The translations under genes were made by a program, and so were the position numbers. A stretch of 63,535 bases of DNA, counting the filler, from Octopus bimaculoides (Eukaryota), in the NCBI RefSeq assembly GCF_001194135.2. It is 5 parts of 4 records of this genome, joined end to end, with 100 filler letters (N's around TTAATTAATTAA, not from the genome) between each part and the next. Parts side by side here need not be neighbours in the genome. Positions count along the whole stretch, not along the records: positions 11,299 to 34,696 come from NC_068999.1; 4 more parts are not named here. The stretch is one strand, 5' to 3'. The notes below the pieces were generated by a model. That model saw nothing but the letters and a program-made list of their open reading frames with translations. It had not been told where the DNA came from and searched no databases. The stretch's first letter is position 1; each line of letters begins with the position of its first letter. Shown in pieces: positions 13,248 to 28,877 of this stretch.

Positions 13248-13881
13248 AACAAGAAATAATATTTATCTCTTCTAATAGAAACAAAAGGCTTTATAGGACT
13301 GCAAAAGAAGTGCTCAAATATAAATGAGACGAAGATAAAGATGTGTGTGAGCATTCGTTCATAAAAACACACGCATACAAACACAATCATAAGCATGCGC
13401 ACACACGTTATATAGACACATGCATACACATATTTTGTCTTTGTTTTTGGTATGTGTGTATGTATCTATGCATTCGTGTGTGTATGCAACAGATTAAATA
13501 TTTTAATATTATGAGCAAGTCTATTCAAATTACATTGTCTATCACACTATTTGAGTTGTATTTACCTAGAAGTAGATCGTCAAATATTGGTAGAGTATAT
13601 TGTCCATAAGTAAGTTTTCTTATAGATGATCAGATTCTAGTTTGCTCACAATATACTTTATGTTTCTTTCTATATTACAGCGGATATTATACATTTATAT
13701 TATCAACTTGAGTAATTAAAGGTTATCTATTTCTGTTTATTTATATTCCGAAACGGAAAAAGTTTATGCTATAACTGAGAAATATTCGACGTACAATGTA
13801 TTTACACTATTTTGGCGTTGAGCTGATATGTATGTATTTGTGTGAGTGTGTATGTGTGCGTGTGTAGGGGTGTGTGTGTGT

Positions 13882-13923
<42 letters not shown>

Positions 13924-14103
13924 ATTCTAAAAGTCGTTCGTAAACCGATTTTATCTTGATGGGAGGCGTTCGTAAACTGTTGTTTACGATAGTTTGAGGC
14001 ATTTGTGATAATCAAAGTATAAGTGGAAGATCTATGATCCAGATCTTTCCGTCTATAGCTAACCTTTTCGTTTGTATATAATATGTTATAATGTAGAATG
14101 TGA

Positions 14104-14210
14104 GATGTTCAATTTGACGATGATTTGGTTTCTATTACTTTCAATGTTCAATTTGACGATGATTTGGTTTCTATTACTTTCGATGTTCGATTTGACGGTG
14201 ATTTGGTTTC
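14104..14210. repeat. 39-bp tandem repeat, about 2.7 copies
   Basis: atgttcaatttgacgatgatttggtttctattactttc recurs at 14105, 14144 and 14183. Confidence 0.85.
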
Positions 14211-16120
14211 TGTTGAGGGTCGAGCGACCCTTAAGAGCAATGTCGTTTCTCCATTAGTAACGTTTAATAAAAAGGCTTCAGTTGTGGAAGAGGAATGCTT
14301 ACAGACGCTCTGTCACAACGACTAAGGTGCGTCCGTGCACAAGATGATTCAACTTCAGAAAAAGATCCTATGTGGAGCAAATATATATTTTATTTATTTA
14401 CGTGTTTAAGTAAATTTTATCCCTGAGTGAGAGGATGCACTTCATCAATGACACAGTATTCGTGACATCCGCAGTCATTGTATTTAGATTTCATTCTTTA
14501 ACATTTGTTTCTTTTTATTTTTTAAGCCTGCTACTGGTTCTATTGGTCATGCAGAGAGTTCGAAACCATTTCATTCGAAATCAATTTGCTTACCGCATAT
14601 CCAGGCATGGAAAGGACAGTTGACACTGATGTGAGGGGTATTTAGCTGTTATTTCAAAGAGGTTCCTTTGTCATATTGCGTTCTGTATGACTCCGTCAGT
14701 CATTCAGTTTGAATAAGTGAACTTTGGATCAATAGGCTTTCAATATATACCAGATGAAGGTTGTTCACGAACTTCCTACACGATTCACTATATCAAAAAT
14801 ATTTGCATTTAGATTAATGCCAACTTCAGGATTATTCGGCGTTTTAATAAGTCCGGTATTGTTCTATCTTAGAATTCCAACTTTGATCTCCAGCTTGGAA
14901 ATCTACATTAGATTAGCACCCAGAACATATTGGGTAACTGTTTGCTGTTTTAAGCAACAACTTGTTGACGTTGTCGGTGATGATGATGATGACGACGACG
15001 ATGATGATAATGATGATGATGATGATGATGATATTGCTATTGTAATCAAGTGGTCCAGGAGGACTTCCAGCTATAAATAAATATCGTGTTTGTAGAAGAA
15101 TAATATAACTTGTGTACCTTTTCTAAAATGGTGTATTTTAAGATTGGGCAACTATATTTAGCATGCACGACTGTTCACGCATAGCGCACAGGCGTTTATC
15201 TCATTGTGAGATCTCCAAATCAGAGAAAAATGAAGGCTATGTTAGGGAAAGCTGTAAATCGTAAGGAAAAGAAATATTAAACTGCAAAATTTATGTTTAG
15301 TATAAAACAATAAATGTATGAACGTATATTCGCACCTATACTTACTCATATACATACGCACAGGTAGGCACATAGTCAATGCTGCGTATATATACATATA
15401 TGTGTGTACGTGTGTACATGTGTGCGCGCGCGTGTGTGTGCAGCTGTGTGTGTGCAGTTATGTGTGTTTGTGTGCATGTATATGTATGGATCTATTTATT
15501 ATATATATGTATATACATGCGTGTATGTATATTCTTTCTGGAATTTTGCCTCTCGAAGCAGAGAAATCTATACAGATTAGTGTTGAAGTATTTCGTAAAA
15601 AAGTCTCTTTGAATAGAAAATATCGAATGTTACCCGAGAGAGTCGAACCCGTATCTTCTGAAAACATGCGTCACCATCATGTGCCTGTGTTTGGTTTTGT
15701 GTGTGCATATAAGTATCAAATTCCTTTAGATAATAGAAGTCGGTTCCAAATTATTTCATAGCACAAACATACAATACTATAAGAACGTCAGTTGTAAGCA
15801 TCTGCATGGATAATTAACGAGAACACAAATCGCGTGTTACGAGATGTTGAATATTTTTACGATATTCGACCCAAGTTTTTAGCTGTAGATGCATATCCAG
15901 AATAGATATTCATGGCGTTACTTTAAAAAACTTTTCTCTTATATCTCAACTCTAATATCTACTTCTAAACTACTTACATATTAGCTCTCTTCCAAAATAC
16001 AGAAATAAACGCCAGTAATTTTGAATTACACTCATCCGCAAACTAAATCAATCGTTGCCCACTTCGCTCTTTTGGTTTTGCATTCTCAAAGACTTCACAT
16101 TTCCCTTCTTCTAGACTTAC

Positions 16121-16197
16121 TCGTTGGCAATTACAGAAATACTTTTTCTTCGTATATACGTAAATAAGGGATCGTATTGTAAGAGATTTACAAACAT
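16121..16197 (-). CDS. Candidate coding exon (77 bp), product unknown
   Basis: Minus-strand acceptor ttttatttatacactaactcag| with a CTAAC branch-like motif, donor |gtaagt; reads (D)[25 protein letters not shown]. Confidence 0.35.
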
Positions 16198-16377
16198 CTG
16201 AGTTAGTGTATAAATAAAATGAGTGTACATCACACGTCTTCAAATATCGTGTGATTGTATAGTTGGTAAATACTACTCGCCAAAACGCACACAGATGTGT
16301 GTGTGTGTGTGAGTGTTTGTGTTGGCTTTTACGCCTCCATGTGTATATATATATGTGTGTGTGTGTGTACATATATA

Positions 16378-16417
<40 letters not shown>

Positions 16418-16419
16418 CG

Positions 16420-16484
<65 letters not shown>

Positions 16485-16561
16485 GTATATATGTATATAT
16501 GTGTGTATATGTACACTTATACACTTATATATGCTTATAATTATGTACGTATGCGTTGTGC

Positions 16562-16600
<39 letters not shown>

Positions 16601-17399
16601 GATATGTATTCATTTATATTTATATCCATATCTATGTATATATATACATCTCTCTCTATATATATGTATATATAAATATATATGCATATAAATATGTGTG
16701 TGCATACCTATATATATATACACATACCCAAATATTTATTCAACGTATAAGCACACACAATCGTATATATTCGAATATACGCATGTTAAAACGAAAGTAA
16801 ATGAGAATGCACTTAGGTGTAAGAAAATGGGTACATTGCAACGAGAAGGAAATTCTCAAAGGTACCATTTAAAGAAAATTATAGACGTAAACTTATCCCA
16901 ATATACATCACGATAGAAAATCCTAAACTATTAATGTTGAGAAAATGATAAATTATTCTCGAGAATCTGTTCATACTCCGATAATTTTAGGGCCATTAGC
17001 AATTTACAAGCTTCCATGTATAAACGAATTTCTACATGTTGATAATCTGTAATGATATATTTTACCTTCTAATCATGGAAAGTATACGAGAGTATTTTTC
17101 TCAGAAATCCAATCTTATTAGATGGTGTTTATATATCTCTATATTTTATATAAACATACATAAATGCATGCATATTCAGACACACATTCACATACACAGA
17201 CACATATATATGTATATCTATCTATTTATCTAACATATATATGTCTGTGAGTGTGCACGTTAATTTATTTTGGACGAATGAGAGAGAAGAGCTAAACATA
17301 TGTTATAGAGTATATGTTGTTTTTGTATATCGAACACGAAACTAGTATTACAATACAATCTACAAGCACAGGATTTTACATTCAATGAAGAAAATATTC

Positions 17400-17443
<44 letters not shown>

Positions 17444-19488
17444 AAGGGTACTACATAGCACCAGTTTCGCTAGAAAGGGACTCAATTAGCCACAAACATT
17501 GAAAGNNNNNNNNNNNNNNNNNNNNNNNNNNNNNNNNNNNNNNNNNNNNNNNNNNNNNNNNNNNNNNNNNNNNNNNNNNNNNNNNNNNNNNNNNNNNNNN
17601 NNNNNNNNNNNNNNNNNNNNNNNNNNNNNNNNNNNNNNNNNNNNNNNNNNNNNNNNNNNNNNNNNNNNNNNNNNNNNNNNNNNNNNNNNNNNNNNNNNNN
17701 NNNNNNNNNNNNNNNNNNNNNNNNNNNNNNNNNNNNNNNNNNNNNNNNNNNNNNNNNNNNNNNNNNNNNNNNNNNNNNNNNNNNNNNNNNNNNNNNNNNN
17801 NNNNNNNNNNNNNNNNNNNNNNNNNNNNNNNNNNNNNNNNNNNNNNNNNNNNNNNNNNNNNNNNNNNNNNNNNNNNNNNNNNNNNNNNNNNNNNNNNNNN
17901 NNNNNNNNNNNNNNNNNNNNNNNNNNNNNNNNNNNNNNNNNNNNNNNNNNNNNNNNNNNNNNNNNNNNNNNNNNNNNNNNNNNNNNNNNNNNNNNNNNNN
18001 NNNNNNNNNNNNNNNNNNNNNNNNNNNNNNNNNNNNNNNNNTTTTAATTTTCACACATTAACTTGTGTAGGTTCAATTATATAGAATATTATAGAAAGAA
18101 ATCTACCTGTTTCATGCAATACATACCAATACATACATTTAAAGCAAATTCTTTTCAGGGTACTTTAAAATCCAATTGCATATTCCCAATTTACGACTTC
18201 GTTGCCTAGACCTCCAAAACGTTATATGGACCCTCTGGTTTAGATAAATGAGTAAGAGAATCTCTTTTTACAGTTTGGAGACGGCACAGCAGACACAAAC
18301 ATCCGAACATCCCGGCAAGTTAGAGAAAGGTGTGTATACATACATACATACATACATAAGAAACTATATGTAGGAGACTGCATAAATAAAGGTACAAATC
18401 TGCACAGGCATACACACATACATACATGCAAAAATGCCCTGTTGTTGATGGTAAAATTCCAATAAAGGAATCTTGGATCTAGGTTAGAAACTTGTTCTTT
18501 CTCTATTTGCAAGAAATCTTTAAATAAACTGTATAATTACATACATATATACACGTACACAAATATATACATGTATATATTTATGTGTGTGTTTGTATNN
18601 NNNNNNNNTTCTTGCTTCATTCATTCTGTTTAATTTGATAAAGGCAATTCAATTCTAACTTAGTTTTACCTCTCTCTAGGTGCATAAATGTTTCGATTAA
18701 ACTAATAAAAATGTAATTTTTAAGGTTCAAATGTGTCTGGTTACTATATAAACCACTCTTTATATTTAAATTTCTAATTGAAGATTTATCTCACTATTGC
18801 GTATCACGCTTTAAACTTTTGAAACTAATTTCCCTCTTCTCGAGTTACGTTCACTTGGCATTATTTTCGTATATAAATTTAATACTAAAAAAATCAATTA
18901 TAGTCGTGCGGTTATTATATTAGGAACTAACCTTTGGATAATGAACTTCTTATGTACTGTTCGAAATCTTAATAACTGTTATTCTATCCCTATAGAAGGA
19001 TAAATTAAAGACCGTGAAATCACTATAAGAAATCTATCCTAGAAATGTAATTAAACGCTTATTTAATAATGTTATCGTTCGTCATTTCCATCATTTCTTT
19101 GGCACCCGGTATTTTCAATAATAATGCGCAATGCAATAAGGAAATCCGCATGACGATCGGATTTGATGATAATATTTTTCTTATTCCGTAATCCACATCA
19201 ATAAGCAATAAACTTTATAGTAAAAAATTGCAGAAACAATTTACCTTATCCGATAGAACTATATAATCACCAAGAGAAACAAACTTTCGTCGACCACTGC
19301 ATCTAACTTATCACAGGTTATAAGTTTCCTACTAAGCATTGTGGTATTTTATTGAGTTACAAAATGTTCAATGTAAATGCTCCCACAGTAATCCCTGTTA
19401 CAGCTCGTTCATTTCTAATTGCTTAGCTAAACAGAGTCTCCATTAATATAGATTTAAATTAAAATGTTTATTACAGACGATGTAGCAG

Positions 19489-19661
19489 TCACTGCCAACG
19501 ATTAGTAGAAATCTTGCCATACGGCTCGAAGATTCACCTTCGGAAGACACATGGAGTTTTAAAGACCCACATATACAGTTAAATGGAACTCCAGTTTTGG
19601 AAACTGGGGCTAAATCTTCCATTGATACTAGAGCTGTCTGTGATCTTTGCATTAGTAAAAT
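19489..19661 (+). CDS. Candidate coding exon (173 bp, phase 0 to 2), strand ambiguous
   Basis: GC-richer island; reads SLPTISRNLAIRLEDSPSEDTWSFKDPHIQLNGTPVLETGAKSSIDTRAVCDLCISK with donor |gtatgt, phase-compatible with 28637. The acceptor is weak and an antisense frame is also open. Confidence 0.35.
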
Positions 19662-20204
19662 GTATGTAATAAGTTATTATATATGCCTAGTGAGCGTCTG
19701 TATTTATTTCTGACTATGTCTATCATTGTCTGTCTATCTATCGTTTACTTGCTGTGTTGTATGGATATGTGTGTGCGTGTTTTTGTTTTCTAAAAATGTT
19801 GTATAACGATATTTGCTAATGCTAGACTTGAATATATATATATATATATAACAGCTTCTCTATTTGCGTATATAGACTGTTTAATAGTTAATTTTTAGTT
19901 CTTCTTTCAGTAAACCGTTCGTCTGAAATACTTATCTTCTCTACACTTACTCATCATAAATTAAACTCTTTTAATTCATACGTCTGTGCCTCTACAATTC
20001 GCTTCTGGACTCTGAGATGACAATACAACTCAAAACCTTTGTATAATAGTTGGTCACTTTCTAAATTCACAAATAATTTCTTGTTCTAAATAGTTATGTG
20101 CGGGATTATATATTTAGTACACAGATGAGGCAGGATGTTATGATTCCTTTAACATTTAAATCCAACTTCTATCCACCAAACTACTCATCTACCTATTACC
20201 TGCG

Positions 20205-20256
<52 letters not shown>

Positions 20257-20377
20257 GATCTACCTCTGACAGCCAGTATAACTATCCATCTATTATTTGC
20301 TTTTCTGTCTATCCCTTCGTCTATTTACGTCTCTTTCTCGTCCCTTTGCCTCTCTCTGTACACACACACACACACAG

Positions 20378-20411
<34 letters not shown>

Positions 20412-20414
20412 GTG

Positions 20415-20455
<41 letters not shown>

Positions 20456-20855
20456 NNNNNNNNNNNNNNNNNNNNNNNNNNNNNNNNNNNNNNNNNNNNN
20501 NNNNNNNNNNNNNNNNNNNNNNNNNNNNNNNNNNNNNNNNNNNNNNNNNNNNNNNNNNNNNNNNNNNNNNNNNNNNNNNNNNNNNNNNNNNNNNNNNNNN
20601 NNNNNNNNNNNNNNNNNNNNNNNNNNNNNNNNNNNNNNNNNNNNNNNNNNNNNNNNNNNNNNNNNNNNNNNNNNNNNNNNNNNNNNNNNNNNNNNNNNNN
20701 NNNNNNNNNNNNNNNNNNNNNNNNNNNNNNNNNNNNNNNNNNNNNNNNNNNNNNNNNNNNNNNNNNNNNNNNNNNNNNNNNNNNNNNNNNNNNNNNNNNN
20801 NNNNNNNNNNNNNNNNNNNNNNNNNNNNNNNNNNNNNNNNNNNNNNNNNNNNNNN

Positions 20856-20887
<32 letters not shown>

Positions 20888-21564
20888 CATATATATAAAT
20901 ATTCATACACATACACATATTTACGCATATATGTATGTATATAAAAGTGTATGCATTATATATTATGTATGGCATATATAACATTTGTGCGTGAATAGCT
21001 GACTAATATTCTACTGGAGATGTATAATAAAAAAAAATAAAATGTTTGTTTCTCCTAATAAACGCAAATATATCATTGAATTTCGATATAACCTTTATGT
21101 TGTAATAACTATCATTAATGTCATTGATTTTTAAACAGTTCATATATTGGAATATCGGAATATCGGCGAAATATATATATATTAAGACCTCTGTTGTAAA
21201 TGGGTAGATTGCTCTTTATCTATACGGACGTATTATATTTTATAGTCTCGTGACTCCTTAACGCTTTACACTTTATTCTATCCTGTTGTTCTTTTACTTT
21301 TATGTTTGTATTTATATGTTGCTTATCATAAATGCGTCTTTTATAGGATAAGTACCACTTGGGCTTATATACATTTTCCGTTATTAAAAAAAAATAGTAT
21401 AAAACGGATATTATTCATTCATAGGAAATAAATCGAAGTACTGCTTGCTTATCATAGACTTACAAACGCCTAACCTACATTATTTTAAATGACTGCTTTA
21501 AATCTTTGTAGCTTTGTGTGTTTTGTTGTTGTTATTATTACGTATAAAAATAGAAGAAAGCATT

Positions 21565-21604
<40 letters not shown>

Positions 21605-24600
21605 GTATTATTAATATCATCATCATCATTATTATTATTATTATCATTAAAGAATCAGTGTTTCGAAGGAGATGTCAGCTTCCTGTAAAACAAATATCAG
21701 CGGCACATTATAACATATTTTTGACCGGGGATGTATTTATTAATCGTTGTCATCCTTATGTAATTAGTAATTTAGAGATGTTGTTGTAATTGTTGTTGTC
21801 GTTCTTGCCTTTGTTTTTTTGTTGTTTTTTTTTCCTGTCATTCCCCATGTCAGTCTTGACAATCATCTACAATCGAAGAAATAAAATTCAATAAGGGCAT
21901 TTCTTCTACGAATATGCTTCATCATCTTGCATAGATCCGCTTGTTTCCGTAACACTGTAAATTGTAATTTCAAAAAGAGTTAACACCTATTTTTAGCAAG
22001 TCTGTCTATTACGTAAAGACTTTTCTGTCGTTGCAGATTTGCTTTGGACTATTTCTGTTCGATGAGTAACAATTATTGATAACTTTCAACTGTAACAAAT
22101 GCGTAATGAAAGATATTACTCTTTCTAATGCGTCTATATTTTGATTTTGGACGATGGTTTCCGATTAATGAGGGCATGTCTGGATTGTTCTTTTCTTTAG
22201 TAGGAGCTGATGATGATATTATTCTAATATAGTGTCTAAGTTCTTCTCTAAGACAGGATTCAAAATTTATGATTAAAACTTTTAAACGTAATCTTCATAC
22301 GGGCTCAAGATCACCATAGTCTATTTGTATGCAAATCAATTTTTACTCCAGGTAGCTGACCATTTTCTTTCAAGAGGCTACCCCAGAGAATCCTGGAACA
22401 TAATTTAACAAGATTTATTAGGTACACGGAACTGTGAGTCAGAAGTACTTCTGCATAGAGTCTGATATTAGGCATCAAAAAACACCACGTCAGCTATTCT
22501 TTCATTCACTTATCCACTATTATCACATGTATTTATCAAGAGTTCCCTTATTTAACTCAATAACGCATAAGGCTATACGTCAGAATGTTGTGAGAAAGAG
22601 ACGGGAGTAAAAATAAGAATATCATCAGATACATTTTTCCCTCTTTGGTTTCTCTCCTTGTCAATAGTTTGGAGTACGCTTTCATTTGGACTAGTCATTC
22701 ATATGAAACTAAGTTTACAAAGTAATCATTAATTACATAATAAATGAGATAGTTAGAAAATGACGTGATTGATTTGACATTTGTTCAAAACAAGCGAACA
22801 TTAACAACGTCAGAAACCTTCAGTTTTAATCAAAAGTGAAAAGGATTGTAAATCATTCTGTTCTACATATCGATAGAAGTATGAGAAATAAAAAGCCACG
22901 TGTTAATATGCTTCTTCATCCTAGTTAACATTTTCCAAAGAGTTGATATGTTGTTAAATGCATCCTAAAGTTAGATAAACTATGACGCACAAAATGTCGT
23001 GAGCTGCAACGGAATGTATGTAGTGTATATGAATGAATTTGAACTCCGGAAACAGGAAGCAACCATTTACAAGTGTAACTTTTCAGACGATTGAAAACTT
23101 AGCAAAATTAAAATATGAATACATGAAACAATTTTGAATGTTCATTCTAGCTCAATTGAAAATTCAGCGAGTTAGAGTGCGCATTATCTCCCTGATGTAT
23201 AAGGTCAACTTTTGAAAGGAACTGTCATACACCTCAACTTATTGAATGTACAGCTTAGTTAAGAGACCAATTCAATTTCTGTGTGAAACAATCAAAAGTA
23301 CTGAATCAAAATTTCGATATACATCAACGTATTTCAGATAATCGGTCTAAGTAGGCGATTGACGAGCCAGGTAAGCCAATACAGAAATTTTAATCTAATT
23401 ATAGGAAGACTTCCAATTAGACAGATAAGGTTTTCTGAAGACCTCTATACGAATGTTAAAATAGCAGATATATAATCACATGTCACTAACGAATAATTGA
23501 ATGATATCTCTCATTACAATGTCAGAATTGCCCTAAGGTATTCACTAAGATACAGAATGTAGATGAGAGTAGCATTACGGCCAGTAGTTAAGATGGTAAT
23601 AATTAGTGCCCTACATTTAAAGACGACACAGTCTATAATAATATTAACGCCGCACATTATTTCAACATCCCTTCTCCGATCAATGCTTAGGAAAGCTATC
23701 GACTGACACAGCAATGTTCGTGGTTATTCCTTCTAGTCTCATTGCTTGCACAAACTGATTATTTCTGCATTATCTTATTATCTATTAAGCAGAGTTCTTA
23801 TGTTATGTGCTTAGAGATGTCAAATAGTTGAATAACAATTTCAAAATTGAAGAATTCTTCGCTGATAGCAAGCGAACGTGCAAATAATATCAAAAGTTAT
23901 TAAGATTGCTTGACATCTTCGAGACGGTGAAACTTAACTGTTCTTCTTAGAGATAAACTGCTATATACATACGTTAGGGAATGAGGATGGAGATTATTAC
24001 TCTTGTATCATATTTCATTCATAGATGCGTATCTGTTATGGCAAAATTACGATTAATTCAATTATTATATAAATATACTTTTCGCAAAGACACACAACGA
24101 CAAGAGATGTTTGTTCAATATATCAGATGCACGACATTCCAACTTAAGCTAAATCATCAAATGCAAGAATTAACAGGATACAATAGCGAACAGTCTTTCA
24201 GGTATGCCTGCTTTGATATGAATTGATGGCTGTAAGTCAACTTTTATCTACAAAAATCATATATACTGCGCTATTTATAATTGAGCATTATTCATAAACA
24301 TGATATACCTCTCAAACGGGACTTCCGGAATAAACCTTTGTATTCTGTGAGCGTTTTCATTTTTAAAGTGTGCTAATACACGTGTTTTGAAGGAATCCTT
24401 CTCGTGTGAGTTAATTCATATTTCCCTATAAAACATGGATGGGAAAAATTAAACATAGAAAGCGATTTCACACAATATGAAGACTTCATTCCAAACGTTT
24501 TGTGTCACTGTATTTTTTAAAAAAACCTTTTAAATCGTTAAAATTCGTCAAGAAAATTTTCTTTTAAATATAAGGTTATAGCAACGAAACAACTATAATC

Positions 24601-24951
24601 CTCGCTTTATCAAGTGGCCAGTTATACCTCCTGAAGTTTATGGTTTATTTATTCCTCATCAAATAATTTCATTCATCGGATCCTCTCGAATTCAGGCGCA
24701 TAGAACTCTGCATTAGACTTCTTTGTATTGCATTCCTGTAGTATGCTAGCCGAGTCCGTTGGTGATTTCGGAGATAGCCAAACAATTCTATAAATCCCTA
24801 CGTAAAATTATGCGACCAATTCCTTTCAGTTTCCGTTCACCGCATCCATTCCAGAGGATGTATAAGCCATTTCCTAAGTTATGTGCAATGGGACTGAACT
24901 CATGACAAGTTTGGAAACAAAAGTCTGAATCACACATTAACATATTCCTAC

Positions 24952-25079
<128 letters not shown>

Positions 25080-27303
25080 CTTTATGCATATATATTCTGA
25101 GTATATATCTGCAAGATTTATAAATCATTAAAATTATATTTCTGCGAAATTTGGAAAGCATCAAATTATTTAAAATTATTATATTAAAATTATTACTCTA
25201 ATCTAATAGCTAACATTTTTCTCTAAAGTCTTTCTAATTTATGTATTTCACTTCTTTCCTGTATTACACTATATTCTAATTATGAATATATATCACAATC
25301 GCAATTTTTTTTTTTTTTTTCTTCTATTTCAATTTACATATATCCATTCCACATTACTGATGTTTAGTATTTCCAATATCTTATTACCTTACCTTGAGTT
25401 TTATCGTATGTTACAATAATTATTAGACAAATTTACAGCGTTAGCCGCCTCGTTGCAGTGATTATTATTATAAACGTATGACATTTAACAAAAATGTAAT
25501 TTGATTAATTTCATCTTTACTACTTTCTATGACAATACAGGAAAACTATTGGTCACAAAACATCAAATATGTTACTAATTATAAGAAGTTCTCAGACTTC
25601 TAAACACTGAGAGGATATTTTAATAATCTGTGTGCGCGGCCGTGTTTGTATGTACACACAAACACACACACACACGCACACATACATACACATATGGAAA
25701 AGTCACAATGGTAATGGTTATTTACCATTTTATTCCAGCTAACGCCCATGTATTTTCGGTAAGTTTGGAAAATCACAGTTTATTTTATAATCTATCCCAT
25801 AATTAATCGATTGAATGACGTAGAGAGTAGACTGGTTACGAGGAACTAAAATTCACCAAAAACGTAGTAACAAGAACTAAATCATTTAACTTAAGTCTGT
25901 ACTCGCCCAATGAGATTTACCGAAATATTCATAAAACACTCTTCGTATGTGAACGAGGAGGAATTGGAATTCGATACATTTCTATCTAACTTGGGGTTGT
26001 GGAAGAACACAAGATGGTGTTTATTCTTCAGACGCCTTATTATATTTACATTGTTTTTGAGGTCGTTCTAATATTAATTTAATTTAAAGCTGAAATCTTA
26101 CTCGGTGGAAAACAATGGATTGTAACCTTTGTAATGACTCGTTTAGCCCGTTTTCAATTTGACAATATATTCACATCCTTACGTAAATAACTACTAATTC
26201 TCTATGAATTTCCCAGCTTTGAAACACACTCACTCACGTACACAGGAAAACATGCCTTCTTTTCTATCCCCATGTGCATCAGATGCATTTTACAAGGAAA
26301 TTTCATCATGCAAGGAAATCCAAATCTAGTAAAAAATAAAAATAAATAAAAAATAAAAAAAAAACGGGGGCACTGTATAATCACACAAAAGCACATGAAC
26401 GAAATTACTCCCTCTGCACTTGTCACCCTCAATTGTATTGTCAATTCAGCACTTCACATAGTTTGTCATAAACGCTTGTCCTTGTCCGCATTGATAAATA
26501 AATATAAATAGAGATAGATTGGACGATTTATAGGTGAAGAGACAGACATCGATAGAGGGATAGATAGATGGATATATGACCCCGCATATTTGAATTATAT
26601 ATGTGTGTATTTGTTAAAGAAGAAATTTTGCGTCAAAAATGAAATAATTTAGTTACTTAGTTCTGTCACTTGATGGCAAAGTTGACTTCATTTTCATTCC
26701 CTATCACATCGCTAGACTAAATATCAAAGAAAGCACTGGCTTGATATAATCTACTAAAGCCTTCGAAGACAGTTCTCCCGTGTGACCTTATTCAAACGAA
26801 TGATAATTGCAACAGAATAAAGAACTTAGTATAAATATATCCTAATAGATTAATAACACAAGCTAAATATTCTGTGCAAAGTCACTAAGCAAGGATTCTA
26901 TGAAGCATGTGGAAAATATGTAATTACATATACTTAAATATCAATTACTCAGGTATAAATGATTTGATTAGCTTAAATACGATAAGAATGAAAGGGAAAA
27001 ATTGTAAATAGTGTAGAAATCTAATGTGATACTTTAATGTAATATTTAATACTTGTTAGTGCATTTACTAATAGGATATTTCAGTTCATTTACTGTCGAG
27101 TGTTATTCATGAGAAACAAAGAAAGATAGAAGGAAAAAAACTTTGTTATAATGATTGAGTTGCGTGGATGGTTACGAAAGGTATCTTAACACTTTATATA
27201 CGATTCAGCATATATTGTATTTTTGGTGACTCATCCATTGTGTGATAGAACTTCATGTACACACAGACACCCACACCCACACACATATATATATGTGTGC
27301 ATG

Positions 27304-27354
<51 letters not shown>

Positions 27355-27954
27355 NNNNNNNNNNNNNNNNNNNNNNNNNNNNNNNNNNNNNNNNNNNNNN
27401 NNNNNNNNNNNNNNNNNNNNNNNNNNNNNNNNNNNNNNNNNNNNNNNNNNNNNNNNNNNNNNNNNNNNNNNNNNNNNNNNNNNNNNNNNNNNNNNNNNNN
27501 NNNNNNNNNNNNNNNNNNNNNNNNNNNNNNNNNNNNNNNNNNNNNNNNNNNNNNNNNNNNNNNNNNNNNNNNNNNNNNNNNNNNNNNNNNNNNNNNNNNN
27601 NNNNNNNNNNNNNNNNNNNNNNNNNNNNNNNNNNNNNNNNNNNNNNNNNNNNNNNNNNNNNNNNNNNNNNNNNNNNNNNNNNNNNNNNNNNNNNNNNNNN
27701 NNNNNNNNNNNNNNNNNNNNNNNNNNNNNNNNNNNNNNNNNNNNNNNNNNNNNNNNNNNNNNNNNNNNNNNNNNNNNNNNNNNNNNNNNNNNNNNNNNNN
27801 NNNNNNNNNNNNNNNNNNNNNNNNNNNNNNNNNNNNNNNNNNNNNNNNNNNNNNNNNNNNNNNNNNNNNNNNNNNNNNNNNNNNNNNNNNNNNNNNNNNN
27901 NNNNNNNNNNNNNNNNNNNNNNNNNNNNNNNNNNNNNNNNNNNNNNNNNNNNNN

Positions 27955-27990
<36 letters not shown>

Positions 27991-28636
27991 ATATAATTTA
28001 TTCTAATATATATGTAATAGTGAAATTCAAATTGTTAGGGTAAAACAGTTGGATAGTCCGAAGCATAGGCAAGGCTTGTATAGATAATACAAAGGACTCG
28101 ATAATCGATCAATAAAGTTTGCTAATTTATGTATCGAATATACTTCATTCTATATGGAATTCTGATTACCGCCGCTTTACAACTTCAGAATATAGCAGCA
28201 AGACCTGCTTGCTATGTGATTATTAAGTCGGCGAATGAAACGAATGGAATATGTACGCATGTAGTGCATTCGTTTCACAAGTTGTATTGTTAATACCAGG
28301 TATTGCTAATTATTGTTTCATATCTCACCTTTCCGCTTTCCCAGATCCCCCACTTGAATTTTCCTCTTTAGGTAATTAATATCCCATCTTGCATTCTCAC
28401 TTTCCAGCTATGACCCCTAGTTTCAGCTTTATAACAATACAGTGTGAATATCAATCATTTAAGAATTATCTAAAGCCACTTCATAAATCTAGACAGTTAA
28501 TGAATTCACCTTTCTAACACCACATCTCCTTATACCTCGCTCGCGTTATTTGGAGGAGAGGCACGTGGTTCGCTATTTCATAATTTTCAATTTCTACTTT
28601 CGCTCTGGACTGTAAAAATGTACAATTTTTTTTCAG

Positions 28637-28678
28637 GTTTCGATTTTATTACAGCAAAGAATTTCTAAACGACGGATG
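28637..28678 (+). CDS. Candidate internal coding exon (42 bp, phase 2 to 2), product unknown
   Basis: Acceptor ttttttttcag|, donor |gtaaga; reads FRFYYSKEFLNDG and joins in frame to 28878. Confidence 0.5.
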
Positions 28679-28768
28679 GTAAGAACCAGATGAGAAACAA
28701 CGCTGAATATTTATAGAGCACACTGAATTTATATGACATGTAGGCGATGTACATTTGAACCCCCCCCC

Positions 28769-28823
<55 letters not shown>

Positions 28824-28877
28824 GTACAAGTGTTATGGAATGAAGTAGATAAGAACCAGGCTACATATGTTTCATAG

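Noticed and set aside
22205-22260. Isolated CTGANGA heptamers (about 22207, 22622, 25607, 40951, 48150, 48229, 59124, 3563)
   Set aside because: None has a properly placed GAAA with pairable helices I-III; such heptamers are expected by chance.
21840-24900. Microsatellite-free AT-rich block, possibly an old transposon or exons (e.g. 22375-22433)
   Set aside because: Stops occur in all frames and I recognised no motif, so it is left unannotated.
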